This document shows positions 28,846-39,919 of a stretch of 64,000 nucleotides of DNA, piece by piece. The position numbers and the translations under genes are program-made. The DNA lies in the NCBI GenBank assembly GCA_043819095.1, contig JBDRFF010000020.1, positions 35,890-99,889 of the forward strand, in the 5' to 3' direction. The notes beneath the pieces were generated by a model, which worked only from the letters and a program-made list of their open reading frames with translations, was not told where the DNA came from and searched no databases. The stretch comes from Candidatus Omnitrophota bacterium (GTDB lineage Bacteria > Omnitrophota > Gorgyraeia > VGKH01). Position 1 is the stretch's first letter. Each line of letters begins with the position of its first letter.

Positions 28846-29556
28846 TTATTTAGATTTTGCGTCTCCGAAACGCCGATCCCGCGATTGATATTCCTTAATC
28901 GCATCTTCAAGATCTTGCTTATTGAAATCCGGCCAGAATCTTTCTGTAAAATAAAGTTCTGCATATGATAATTGCCAAAGTAAAAAATTACTTATTCGCA
29001 TCTCTCCAGAAGTCCGAATCAAAAGATCTGGCTCTAATTGACCTGCAGTATATAGGAAATTTGAGAAAGAATCCTCGTTTATCTGTTCCAAATTATATTT
29101 GTTATCCAATACACCCTGGGCTATTTTCTTTGCTGCATCGACAATCTCTGTCCTTCCGCCATAGTTGAAGGCTAAATTCACCATTATACCAGTGTTATCT
29201 TTAGATAAGTCTTGGGTCTTTTTTAATTTCTCAAGAAGTTTTTTTGGTAGGGGTTCATCTCTACCGATAACCTTTAATCTGATATTATTTTCCATTAGCT
29301 CAGAGAACTCTTTATCTAAAAAATTTTCCAAGGAATGCATCAACATACTAACTTCTCTTCTAGGTCTCTTCCAATTCTCGGTAGAAAAAGCAAACAAAGT
29401 CAGGATCTTAATTCCTAATTCATCAGCAGCTTTAATTATCTTTTTGATTTTATCTATTCCCACGCGATGTCCTGCAGCCCGAGGAAGCCCCCGTCTTTTT
29501 GCCCAACGTCCATTACCGTCCATGATAATTGCTATATGATTAGGTATCTGTCTCAT
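28846..29556 (-). CDS. uppS: Isoprenyl transferase / undecaprenyl diphosphate synthase
   Basis: 236 aa; HIAIIMDGNGRWA and LTLFAFSTENWKRP cis-prenyltransferase motifs. Confidence 0.9.
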   Translation of the reverse strand: MRQIPNHIAIIMDGNGRWAKRRGLPRAAGHRVGIDKIKKIIKAADELGIKILTLFAFSTENWKRPRREVSMLMHSLENFLDKEFSELMENNIRLKVIGRDEPLPKKLLEKLKKTQDLSKDNTGIMVNLAFNYGGRTEIVDAAKKIAQGVLDNKYNLEQINEDSFSNFLYTAGQLEPDLLIRTSGEMRISNFLLWQLSYAELYFTERFWPDFNKQDLEDAIKEYQSRDRRFGDAKSK

Positions 29557-29582
29557 GTCTTACATCTAAACGCTCTTACTAA

Positions 29583-29606
29583 AATGGGGGATATTTATCC
29601 CCCATT
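29583..29606 (-). terminator. Candidate intrinsic terminator downstream of the 29674..30015 gene
   Basis: Perfect 10-bp stem aatgggggat/atcccccatt with 4-nt loop. On the minus strand it is followed by UUUUAGUAAG (short U-tract). Confidence 0.45.
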
Positions 29607-29673
29607 CTTGAAAAAAATTACTCGCGCCTTTAAAAAATCTAGTAATAAGATAATAATTTCTTAAACAATAAGC

Positions 29674-30015
29674 TTATTTTCTGCATCTGACAAGCGCCTC
29701 TTTCAGATCTTCTTCTAGCGTTTCTTTTAGCCTCTTCATCTTTTCAAGCTCGAATCTTAATTCTTGGTTAATTATCTTCTGTTCCTCAAGAACCTTGGTT
29801 GTGCCTTCGAGATTCGTCTTTGTATTTTCAAGTTCGGAAACTGTCGGAGTTAAATTAGTCAATTTCTCCTCAGCATCCAAACGTAAAACCATTTCTCTCT
29901 GAAGGCTTTTTTTATTCTTTTGAGCTGTTATACTCGAACTAATTGCTAAAATAAGGCAAATCACAGTGAGAATAACCATCGCAATTAGAATTCTATCCTT
30001 AAGTTGTTCATCCAT
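29674..30015 (-). CDS. Hypothetical membrane-anchored coiled-coil protein
   Basis: 113 aa; N-terminal TM helix (ILIAMVILTVICLILAISS) then heptad-like charged region. No family recognised. Confidence 0.4.
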   Translation of the reverse strand: MDEQLKDRILIAMVILTVICLILAISSSITAQKNKKSLQREMVLRLDAEEKLTNLTPTVSELENTKTNLEGTTKVLEEQKIINQELRFELEKMKRLKETLEEDLKEALVRCRK

Positions 30016-30053
30016 GCCTTATTTTCCCTCCTTTTAAAAAAATTGAAGATTTA

Positions 30054-30767
30054 TTACTTTAGGTTTTCTTCTGGTTCTTCAAGGAAATCTTCGGATTCTG
30101 CCTCTTGGGCCCTGGATTCCACTGTCCTGGGCAAGATAACTATCTCAACGCGTCGATTAAGCTGTTTGCCTTCTTTAGTATCATTTGAAGTAAGAGGCTT
30201 AAATTCCCCATGACCTATAGCAGAGACTCTCTCCGGGGTTATCCCTCTCTCATCAACTAAATAATGGAGAACGCTCATTGCCCTCGCGCTGGATAACTCC
30301 CAATTGGATTTCCAACCAGAAAATTTTATGGGTTGATTGTCAGTATGGCCTTCTACGCCGATTTCCATATTAGGGACTTCTTCTTCTAAAACGCGAGCAA
30401 CTTTATCCAATGTCGGATAGGCCTTAGTTCTAATCTTGGCCTTCCCGGAATCAAACAAAACCTCTGCGACAAAAGTAATGACCAGTCCTCTCTCGGCCAT
30501 TTCTAAACGTACCTGTTTATCAGCGATTTCCTGCTTTAACCTTTCTTCAAGTAACTGCCTTGTGCCTCTTAATTGGGCCAATTGATCTTCCAGTTCGCTG
30601 ATTTTTTCTACATCAGAACGTCTTCCTTTCTGAAATATTACGGTGCAACTCATAAGCGTCAAACTTACTAATATGATTGCAGTTAGATAAAAAAATCTTT
30701 TTGTGCCTTTACTCATCACCAACCTCCTTTTAGTTATTTTGAACAAATCTAACATTATCACAACCAA
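30054..30767 (-). CDS. OmpA/MotB C-terminal domain protein (membrane- or lipid-anchored, with coiled coil)
   Basis: 237 aa; N-terminal hydrophobic anchor ending LMSC, coiled-coil segment, OmpA-like peptidoglycan-binding motif GHTDNQPI...NWELSSARAMSV. Confidence 0.65.
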   Translation of the reverse strand: MVVIMLDLFKITKRRLVMSKGTKRFFYLTAIILVSLTLMSCTVIFQKGRRSDVEKISELEDQLAQLRGTRQLLEERLKQEIADKQVRLEMAERGLVITFVAEVLFDSGKAKIRTKAYPTLDKVARVLEEEVPNMEIGVEGHTDNQPIKFSGWKSNWELSSARAMSVLHYLVDERGITPERVSAIGHGEFKPLTSNDTKEGKQLNRRVEIVILPRTVESRAQEAESEDFLEEPEENLK

Positions 30768-30819
30768 CTATTAAAGTCAAGCACTTATTGTGCTCGCTTT
30801 AGTCTAAATCGAACCTCTG

Positions 30820-32097
<1,278 letters not shown>

Positions 32098-32100
32098 TTA

Positions 32101-33351
32101 TTACCTTCCGTGGTAAAGTGACATAGTAAATATTTTTCCTGCGACCTTAGGATACTTTGCGATAAAAAGCAATTCCTCTGCGACTAGGGGCTTTTGATTA
32201 TGGACATTGGCGTATCGCACTAAATCCAATATCTCAGCAGCTTCCTTTTCGTCCTTAAAGGAAATCTGTAACTTCTCATAAACATTCCTGAATCCTTTTA
32301 TGCCGCTATATTCTCCAGCAGTGATATTTCTTCCGGTATCAATAATCTCTGGCTCGCCTCTGCCTAGTTCCTCAAAATCATAAAGCTCGTAATTGCGTCT
32401 GTCTTTAAGTGCTCCGTCGGCGTGAATTCCTGATTCGTGAGCAAAGGCATTGGCTCCGATACCTGGTTGATTTATTGGAATCGGCACTCCGAATGCATAT
32501 TCGGAGTATTTACATAATTTCCATGCAGTTTTTAGATTTATCTTTTCATCCAGAAGATATTCTTCGAAGCCGCTGCCGAATTTTATAGCTAATATAACGC
32601 TAACTAAATCAGCATTTCCAGCGCGCTCACCCATTCCGTTTACGCAGGTATTGATATAGGCATCAAAACCAGCGTCGTTAATTGCCTTTGCGCCGGCAAT
32701 TGAATTAGCTACAACCAAACCCAAATCATTGTGGCAATGGATTTCAATAGGTATTTCAATCGCATTGGCAAGCTGACTTACTCTATCATAAATTGTAAAT
32801 GGTGTATCGCAACCCAGGGTATCACAATAACGAATCCTATCAGCTCCAGAATCTTTGGCAGCAAGGGCAAATTCTATCAGATAATCCATTTTTGTGCGCG
32901 AGGCATCCTCGGCATTGACACCGATACTTTCCGCGCCGAGTTTCTTTGCCTTCTTAACTGCCTCAATCATCTCCCTGATTACGCCTTTATGATCGAGTTT
33001 TCCTTTGAATTTATGCGTAATCATCTGCTCGGAGGTAGAGATCGAAAGATTCACATGTTTCAATCCGGGGACCATTTTAAAAGCTGTCTGGACATCCGCG
33101 GGTGTTGCCCGCAACCAGCCACCTAAACGGATAGAATTAAAAGCTTTCTTTTCAACTAATTCCAGATTTGCATTTAAATAGTTTGTCTCGTGATGCGTGA
33201 TGGGAAAACCGAATTCACTCTGGAAGATTCCCATCTTATCCAGATAGTAATTGATCATTGTCTTCTGTAATTTCGAAAGACATATCCGCGATGTCTGGAC
33301 CCCGTCGCGATTAGTCACATCAATAATATAAATCTTTGGTTTATCTTGCAT
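32101..33351 (-). CDS. HMGL-like (2-isopropylmalate / homocitrate / citramalate synthase family) protein without regulatory domain
   Basis: 416 aa; IIDVTNRDGVQTS DRE-TIM metallolyase N-terminus; HCHNDLGL and HESGIHADG motifs. The exact substrate cannot be assigned from sequence alone. Confidence 0.65.
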   Translation of the reverse strand: MQDKPKIYIIDVTNRDGVQTSRICLSKLQKTMINYYLDKMGIFQSEFGFPITHHETNYLNANLELVEKKAFNSIRLGGWLRATPADVQTAFKMVPGLKHVNLSISTSEQMITHKFKGKLDHKGVIREMIEAVKKAKKLGAESIGVNAEDASRTKMDYLIEFALAAKDSGADRIRYCDTLGCDTPFTIYDRVSQLANAIEIPIEIHCHNDLGLVVANSIAGAKAINDAGFDAYINTCVNGMGERAGNADLVSVILAIKFGSGFEEYLLDEKINLKTAWKLCKYSEYAFGVPIPINQPGIGANAFAHESGIHADGALKDRRNYELYDFEELGRGEPEIIDTGRNITAGEYSGIKGFRNVYEKLQISFKDEKEAAEILDLVRYANVHNQKPLVAEELLFIAKYPKVAGKIFTMSLYHGR

Positions 33352-33361
33352 GGCTAAGCTC

Positions 33362-35140
33362 CTATTTTATTATTTTTTCTAATTCCTCAAACGTGGTTTT
33401 CTCTGTTGCCCCAAAAATTTCTTTGTTACCTAAAAGAAACAAAGGACCATAATAAATCTTTAGTTCCTCGGGCAATTTTATATTGTCTTTTAAAAGATCA
33501 TCAGCTTCCTGGCTTTTAGCACATTTTCTAATCGAATCTATATCCAATCCTAATTTAATAGCGCAATCATCCCACCAAGTGCTTTCGATATTATCTAACC
33601 TACAAAATAAGTAATCCCATAGATTATCAGTATATTTTTGCATTATACAAAGAACTCTCTTATTTTCTTCTATTTCGGCTATACCGCCCGGAGCCCTAAA
33701 TTCAGCCAAGGCCTCATCATAGACAGCAAGAAAATGAATATTGAAATTAAATTTAGCTCCTGGTTCATCCAGTAATTTTTTGGTTATCTCTAAAACATTT
33801 TTTGATCCCTTATTCCTTAAACTTATAAATAAATCCAATCTATCTTTCTCGGCTTTTCTTTCTAGGAAATAAGATACACCGATTACAAACGGATTCACCA
33901 TATAATAATTAGCATCTTTTTTTTCGATGATTTTTGTGTCTAACAAATTTTTAAAATTATTGTGCCTCGTTACTTCTTTACCAAGCAAAAATACAGGAAG
34001 CATGTTAATTTCGAATTTTTTGATTAAATCTTTTGCCTTCTTATCATCGCTATCTAGATGTATCGCAGAAAGTCCTGATATTCGGTCATTAAGTTGTTCT
34101 AGCGCTAAATCGATATTGCAGGTCTTACAATCTTTGGGGCTTATTACAGTTAAAGGCAACTTTAAATCTTCGCCGTAAACGCAAGTTGCATCTTTCTCTC
34201 CGGGCGATTCACAAATACCTCTTTGTTTACCTTTATAACATTCTTTATCCTGAAAACAAAGCGGCAAGAAATCTTTAATCTCAGTGGCATCAGGGATATT
34301 TTTATCCATGGGAAAATTCTTAGGTGCAATCCCTTTTATTTTACCGTCTTCCACGTCAAGCTCCAGGACTCCTAAGGTTCTTGTCCATGAATAAGGCTTT
34401 AAATATATTGCTGAGCCAATCTTATCCCCGGTTTTATACTTACTACTCATTACGCTTGAAATAATAATATCGATTCCATCTATCTTCTCTAATAATTGCT
34501 CATCCATTCCTAGGCCTAACTGACTTAATATTATCGTGATATCAACCTTTTTACCTTTCAGCTTTTTAATGTTATCCTTAACGACCTTTATTGTTTGCGC
34601 AATATCTTGTTTAATGCCTAAACCAGAATCTATCGGCGAGACTGCGACAATCCCAACTTTTGTCTTACCGAATTCTTTGATAACAAAAGGCGATAATCCG
34701 GGTAATTCTAGATTGCAAGACAAAAAATCAATATCGATTTTCTTGATAACATCCGATAAAAACTCTTTCCCGAAATTAAACTCTCCCTTGCCAACACCAA
34801 CGGCATCATAACCCATAATCTCCATTGCTTTAAAATATATCTCTGTTCGCTTCTTATCTAATCCTGGCTCTTGGCTATCGGGATCTTGTTCTCCTGAAGC
34901 AAAATAATCTCCGCTATCAAGTAATAAGAGATTTTGATACTGCTTACGCAGCTCTTTTATCTTTGTTGCCCGACGAGCTATTCCACCGTTTGGATTCTCG
35001 GGACATCTACAAGGATATAAGCTGGCGTGCGAATCACCTGAATAAACAATCGCTATCTTTTCTGCATACAAAAATTCATTAACAAATAAAACCGCAAAAC
35101 AACTCAATAAAAATATTAAAATTAATCTCTTAAGCATCAT
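33362..35140 (-). CDS. Secreted multidomain protein: degenerate 5'-nucleotidase/metallophosphoesterase-like N-domain plus DsbA-like thioredoxin-fold domain with CKTC motif
   Basis: 592 aa; signal peptide (LILIFLLSCFAVLFVNEFLYA). NPNGGIARRATKIKELR...LLLDSGDYF resembles the UshA/5'-nucleotidase N-terminal fold. TVISPKDCKTCN...MLPVFLLGKEV resembles a thioredoxin-fold CxxC segment. A C-terminal thioredoxin-like region has no Cys pair. Confidence 0.45.
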   Translation of the reverse strand: MMLKRLILIFLLSCFAVLFVNEFLYAEKIAIVYSGDSHASLYPCRCPENPNGGIARRATKIKELRKQYQNLLLLDSGDYFASGEQDPDSQEPGLDKKRTEIYFKAMEIMGYDAVGVGKGEFNFGKEFLSDVIKKIDIDFLSCNLELPGLSPFVIKEFGKTKVGIVAVSPIDSGLGIKQDIAQTIKVVKDNIKKLKGKKVDITIILSQLGLGMDEQLLEKIDGIDIIISSVMSSKYKTGDKIGSAIYLKPYSWTRTLGVLELDVEDGKIKGIAPKNFPMDKNIPDATEIKDFLPLCFQDKECYKGKQRGICESPGEKDATCVYGEDLKLPLTVISPKDCKTCNIDLALEQLNDRISGLSAIHLDSDDKKAKDLIKKFEINMLPVFLLGKEVTRHNNFKNLLDTKIIEKKDANYYMVNPFVIGVSYFLERKAEKDRLDLFISLRNKGSKNVLEITKKLLDEPGAKFNFNIHFLAVYDEALAEFRAPGGIAEIEENKRVLCIMQKYTDNLWDYLFCRLDNIESTWWDDCAIKLGLDIDSIRKCAKSQEADDLLKDNIKLPEELKIYYGPLFLLGNKEIFGATEKTTFEELEKIIK

Positions 35141-35152
35141 CTAAAACCTCCC

Positions 35153-36310
35153 CTAATGTTTAAGTATAATCAATAAAAACAGACCAAGTCCAAAAAATAC
35201 AAAAGCGGTTATAAGTTTTACCTTTGCAAGGTGCCTGCTGGCTAACTTTGCAAAAGTCTGGGAAGTCGTTCCCAAAAGCGCGAACAAAAATATCGCTAAT
35301 AACGGCACAATAAACATAAGATTATAAAGAATTAGATAAAACCAGGCCTTTGTTTTCAGTTCAGGAATACCTAAGACGTAAACGATCGTAGGCAGATACA
35401 ATTGTCCGGTGCAGACCGATTCTAAAAGTGAAACAATGAACCCACAGCTTAAAGCCGTAAGCATTAACCTAAGCAGAGTTCGACGCTTGTGACCTTCTTC
35501 TCTATCATCTGTCTTTTCCCTTATAGTTGATTGTATTCGCTTCTTTATAAAACCGGGAAGTTTTAATTTTACTCTCTCAGGATCCTTTGTCTTTTTAAAA
35601 ATCCACCAATCATATAAACTAATTGCCCCCAAAGTCAAAGCTAAAATAGCTGTAGTTAAATAAATCAAATATGAAAAGATAACAAAAAATGCCAGCCTTC
35701 TAAAAATCTCAAATAGGCCAAGACCGATCCATAGATAGGTAAAAAATACCGCCGTAATAAAGAAGCTTCCTAAGATTATAGTTTGTTTGCGGCTGTAACC
35801 TGCGAAGGTCAAAAAAGATATAAAAAATATAAGAACCGTAAACGCACAAGGGTTTATCCCGTCGATAAGACCGGCTGTAATTATGGTCAACCAACTAAAA
35901 GACCCGAAACGGCCTATCAACACTTCTTTTTGCGGACGTATATCGGCTAATAGCTTAACTGATAATATTGGCTGCTTAGGATCATTTGTATGAATATAGA
36001 TATATTTTATAGTTTTAGATGTAAAACCCGTTGTATTAAATAAAAATTTTATATCTAATCTATCGCCTGGTGCGACTTTAGCCTGTTTGCTTGGCTCAAG
36101 AATCTTTACACATCCGCAGTTTACCTTTAGTAAATCTACTAATAAGGCTTTATCGCCAGTGTTCTGAATTGCAAAGCTATGTTCATAGACCATTCCTTCT
36201 GCCATCTGCCCCAGATCAAATTCTTTATTGGCAATAGAAATCTCTGGAGACGCAAAAGAACTTACGGCGACAGAAAAAAACAATGTAATTAAAAGCGCGA
36301 TTCTTTTCAT
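35153..36310 (-). CDS. Fusion of periplasmic DUF1573 domain and CcdA/DsbD-type transmembrane thiol-disulfide transporter domain
   Basis: 385 aa; signal peptide; DUF1573 signature (IQNTGDKALLVDLLKVNCGCVKI). Then a 6-TM region with the two conserved DsbD/CcdA cysteines in GINPCAF and LESVCTGQ contexts. Confidence 0.6.
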   Translation of the reverse strand: MKRIALLITLFFSVAVSSFASPEISIANKEFDLGQMAEGMVYEHSFAIQNTGDKALLVDLLKVNCGCVKILEPSKQAKVAPGDRLDIKFLFNTTGFTSKTIKYIYIHTNDPKQPILSVKLLADIRPQKEVLIGRFGSFSWLTIITAGLIDGINPCAFTVLIFFISFLTFAGYSRKQTIILGSFFITAVFFTYLWIGLGLFEIFRRLAFFVIFSYLIYLTTAILALTLGAISLYDWWIFKKTKDPERVKLKLPGFIKKRIQSTIREKTDDREEGHKRRTLLRLMLTALSCGFIVSLLESVCTGQLYLPTIVYVLGIPELKTKAWFYLILYNLMFIVPLLAIFLFALLGTTSQTFAKLASRHLAKVKLITAFVFFGLGLFLLIILKH

Positions 36311-36314
36311 TGTT

Positions 36315-36530
36315 CTAACGACACCTGGCTTTTACTTCTTGTCTTAAATCCTCAAGCTTTTGAAGGATTTGATTTTGATTCTCTGATATCTTATTTAATT
36401 TGTCAATAATCCTAGCCTCAGCACTTACTTTTAATTCTGTATCTTGAGCTGTAGTATTCCTAAAATAAAAAGTGACCGAGAATGCTAAGAATACAAACAA
36501 TAGGACCAAAAGCAAAAAGAATCTTTTCAT
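36315..36530 (-). CDS. Small hypothetical membrane-anchored coiled-coil protein
   Basis: 71 aa; N-terminal TM (FFLLLVLLFVFLAFSVTF) then coiled-coil-like tail. Weak evidence for being a real gene. Confidence 0.3.
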   Translation of the reverse strand: MKRFFLLLVLLFVFLAFSVTFYFRNTTAQDTELKVSAEARIIDKLNKISENQNQILQKLEDLRQEVKARCR

Positions 36531-36548
36531 TACGCCCCCCCTCTATGA

Positions 36549-38129
36549 TTACAACTTTATTACCTTTGCAGAAATAATATGTTTTGATTTCTTAATTTGT
36601 TCTAAGACTTTTTCGGAAACAGGACTGTCAACATTTATTACAGAAATCGATTTGCCTCCGGCCTCTTTCCTGCCAAAGGTCATAAAAGCAATATTGATTT
36701 TATTTTTACCCAAAATTGTTCCAATAGTACCGATTATACCGGGTTTATCCTGATTATGGATAATAATCATGTAACCTTGCGGCACAGCCTCGACATAATA
36801 ATCCTCCAATTTGACAATTCGGGGCTTGTTGTTACTTGAAAGCGTTCCCGCAACGGTAATCTTTGTTTTATCGGTGACAACTTGCAGAGAGATTAAATTA
36901 ACAAATTCTTCTTCTGTGGCGGATTTTGATTCCTGAACCTTGATGCCTCTTTCTTTCGCAAGGCTAAAAGCATTAACAAAATTCACCGTTTCCTGAACAA
37001 TGGGCTCAAGAATTCCCTTTATTAATGCTAATGTCAAAGGCTCAGTCTTTTGATTGGTTATCTGTCCGCTATAATTGATATCAACGCGCTTGATCCTACC
37101 TTGCACTAATTGACTTGAGAGCTGTCCTAATTTTTCCGAGAGATTTATATAAGGCTCTAGCATTTTGTAGGTTTCAGGCTCAACTGATGGAAAGTTAGCA
37201 GCATTGCGAATTCCTTTTCCTAACAACGCATCCCTGACTACTTCGGCAATCTCAATTGCGACGTTTACCTGCGCCTCTTCTGTTGAAGCTCCCAAGTGCG
37301 GTGTTGTTATCACATTATCTAATTTTAGTAACGGAGAATCTAGCGGAGGTTCTTTTTCAAACACATCAATCGCAGCTCCTGCAATCTTTCCTGCTTTGAT
37401 TGCTTTTTCCAATGCTTTCTCGTCGATAATTCCGCCTCTTGCACAGTTGACTATTTTTGCCGTCGTTTTCATTAGAGCAAATTCTTTATCGGAAATCATA
37501 TGTTTGGTTTCAGCGCTCAAAGGTGTATGAAGAGTTATGTAATCAGCCTTCTTGAGAAGATCTTTCAGCTCCACTACTTCAACACCTGCTTGTTTGGCAA
37601 CATCAAGTGAAAGAAAGGGATCATAAGCAATTATCTTCATTCCGAAAGATAATGCACGCTTGGCAACTTCTGAACCAATCCTTCCTAATCCCACGATTCC
37701 CAAAATCTTATTATGGAGTTCAGTACCCATAAATTTAGAGCGCTTCCATTCTCCGGCTTTCAAAGAAGCAGCTGATTGAGGGATGTTTCTAGATAGAGCT
37801 AGAATTAAACTCATTGTATGTTCTGCGGTGGAAATTGTATTTCCCGCGGGCGTATTCATCACGATGATGCCGCGACTAGTAGCAGCCGTTAAATCTACGT
37901 TATCCAATCCCACACCAGCTCGACCGATAACTCTCAAATTATCCGCCTTATCAATAATATCTTTTTTTAATTTTGTTCCGCTTCGTATGATAATCGCATC
38001 ATAATTTTTGATGATTTTTTTTAGCTCTTCGGGATCAAGACCAGTTTTAACATCAACCTGGATCTCTTTTTCCTTTTCTAAAATTTTAAGACCTTCTTGC
38101 GATAGTTTATCGCTGACTAAAACCTTCAT
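36549..38129 (-). CDS. serA: D-3-phosphoglycerate dehydrogenase (with C-terminal ACT domain)
   Basis: 526 aa; NAD-binding GIVGLGRIGSEVAKRA, catalytic H/E motif, C-terminal ACT (IIIHNQDKPGIIGTIGTILG). Confidence 0.9.
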   Translation of the reverse strand: MKVLVSDKLSQEGLKILEKEKEIQVDVKTGLDPEELKKIIKNYDAIIIRSGTKLKKDIIDKADNLRVIGRAGVGLDNVDLTAATSRGIIVMNTPAGNTISTAEHTMSLILALSRNIPQSAASLKAGEWKRSKFMGTELHNKILGIVGLGRIGSEVAKRALSFGMKIIAYDPFLSLDVAKQAGVEVVELKDLLKKADYITLHTPLSAETKHMISDKEFALMKTTAKIVNCARGGIIDEKALEKAIKAGKIAGAAIDVFEKEPPLDSPLLKLDNVITTPHLGASTEEAQVNVAIEIAEVVRDALLGKGIRNAANFPSVEPETYKMLEPYINLSEKLGQLSSQLVQGRIKRVDINYSGQITNQKTEPLTLALIKGILEPIVQETVNFVNAFSLAKERGIKVQESKSATEEEFVNLISLQVVTDKTKITVAGTLSSNNKPRIVKLEDYYVEAVPQGYMIIIHNQDKPGIIGTIGTILGKNKINIAFMTFGRKEAGGKSISVINVDSPVSEKVLEQIKKSKHIISAKVIKL

Positions 38130-38155
38130 TTAATTCCTCCGTTTTTTGAGAAAAA

Positions 38156-39295
38156 TTACAATTTAGATAATACTGTTTCTGCGGCTTTTACGCCAGCTCC
38201 TGATTGAATTTTATAACCCATCTCATTCAATACTTTCTCAAGAGTAGAAATTGCTAAAATAATATCTTTTTTATTTATATAGCCCATATGAGCAATTCGA
38301 AATATCTTTCCTTTTAATTGAGCTTGGCCTCCGGCGATAGAGACTTTGTATTTATCTCTCATAGTCTTGACTAATTTTCCTCCGTCAATCCCGTCGGGAA
38401 CTCTCACTGAAGTTACTGCATTAGAAGCACATTTTTTTTCTGCAAAGGGCTTAAGCCCTAAGGCTGACGTTGCTGATTTAACTGCTTCGCCCATTAAGCT
38501 GCAGCGCTTAAATATATTTTGAAGGCCTTCTTTCTTCATCAACTTTATGCTCTCATTTAAAGCGATAACTAAAGCTATAGCTGGCGTGTATGGCGTTGTA
38601 GTTTTATCCAAAGATTTCTTTGCTGCTCTTAAATCAAAATAATATCTCGGAGACATTGATGTTTGAATCAATTTAGCTGCTTTCGGACTAACGCTGATGA
38701 ATCCAAGACCAGGCGGAAGCATCAATCCTTTTTGTGAGCCTGATGCAACTACATCAACGCTCCAGTTGTCAACCTGGATATCAACTACTCCTAATCCGCT
38801 TATGGCATCGACAACTAAGCAGGCATCGGTCTTTTTTACAACCTCACCAAGTGCCTTTATATCTACATCTACGCCTGTAGAGGTCTCAGTCAAAGTAACA
38901 AAAACAGCTTTTATGTCTTTATCGGATTTTAATTTCTCTTCGATAATTTTTGGGTCAACTGCTTTTCCCCATTCAACATCAATTACTATTGGCTTGGCAT
39001 TATAACTTTTGCAAAGTTCCGTCCATCTCTCTCCAAATTTCCCACCTTGAACAGTTATAGCTTTATTTCCGGGAGAAAGTAGATTTGCAACTGCGGCCTC
39101 CATCGCACCTGTTCCTGACGAAGCAAGAATAAATATATCGTTTTTAGTCTGAAAAATATATTTAAGACCTTCTTGCGCCTCTTTTAAAATTGCCTCGAAT
39201 TGAGGCGTACGATGGTGGATTATGGGTTGAGCCAGCGCCTTGCGTACTTCTGGCGGTAAAGGAGTCGGCCCCGGTGTCAATAGATGCTGTTCCAT
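38156..39295 (-). CDS. Class V aminotransferase (serine-glyoxylate / phosphoserine aminotransferase-like)
   Basis: 379 aa; LLTPGPTPLP start and SGSQKGLMLPPGLG PLP-lysine region typical of AGT-family class V enzymes. Adjacent to serA, which suggests a phosphoserine aminotransferase role. Confidence 0.75.
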   Translation of the reverse strand: MEQHLLTPGPTPLPPEVRKALAQPIIHHRTPQFEAILKEAQEGLKYIFQTKNDIFILASSGTGAMEAAVANLLSPGNKAITVQGGKFGERWTELCKSYNAKPIVIDVEWGKAVDPKIIEEKLKSDKDIKAVFVTLTETSTGVDVDIKALGEVVKKTDACLVVDAISGLGVVDIQVDNWSVDVVASGSQKGLMLPPGLGFISVSPKAAKLIQTSMSPRYYFDLRAAKKSLDKTTTPYTPAIALVIALNESIKLMKKEGLQNIFKRCSLMGEAVKSATSALGLKPFAEKKCASNAVTSVRVPDGIDGGKLVKTMRDKYKVSIAGGQAQLKGKIFRIAHMGYINKKDIILAISTLEKVLNEMGYKIQSGAGVKAAETVLSKL

Positions 39296-39306
39296 TTTTT
39301 AATACC

Positions 39307-39909
39307 TCACTTTTTCTTAGCGGTGATTACTTCATCAATTATTCCATAGTCTTTTGCTTCTTCTGGCGTCATAAAGAAATCCCTGTCGCTATCTTTCTGA
39401 ATCTTATCTAACGATTGTCCGGTATGCTGGGATAGAATCTCGTTGATTTTGTCTTTTAAGCGTAATATCTCTTTAGCTTGGATAGAAATATCTGCTGCCT
39501 GACCCTGCACTCCGCCCCAAGGTTGATGAATCATTATTCGGGAATGCGGAAGTGCGTATCGCTTTCCTTTTGTTCCAGCCGCAAGCAGTAATGCGCCCAT
39601 GCTCGTCGCCTGTCCCACACAATAAGTGGAGACATCGGGCTTAACAAATTGAATCGTATCATAAACTGCTAATCCTGATGTTACCGAACCACCCGGAGTG
39701 TTAATATAAAGGCTTATCTCTTTATTTACATCTTCCATTTGCAGGAAAAGCATTTGAGCGATAATGAGATTCGCCACTGTATCATCAACCGGGGTGCCGA
39801 CGAAAATTATTCTGTCTTTAAGCAAACGGGAATAGATATCGTATGCCCTTTCCGTCCTCCCTGTCGACTCTACGACCATAGGAACTAATGTTTGATATTT
39901 TTCTACCAT
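39307..39909 (-). CDS. clpP: ATP-dependent Clp protease proteolytic subunit
   Basis: 200 aa; [14 protein letters not shown] (Ser), IMIHQP (His), catalytic triad context. Confidence 0.9.
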   Translation of the reverse strand: MVEKYQTLVPMVVESTGRTERAYDIYSRLLKDRIIFVGTPVDDTVANLIIAQMLFLQMEDVNKEISLYINTPGGSVTSGLAVYDTIQFVKPDVSTYCVGQATSMGALLLAAGTKGKRYALPHSRIMIHQPWGGVQGQAADISIQAKEILRLKDKINEILSQHTGQSLDKIQKDSDRDFFMTPEEAKDYGIIDEVITAKKK

Positions 39910-39919
39910 GCCAACCTCC

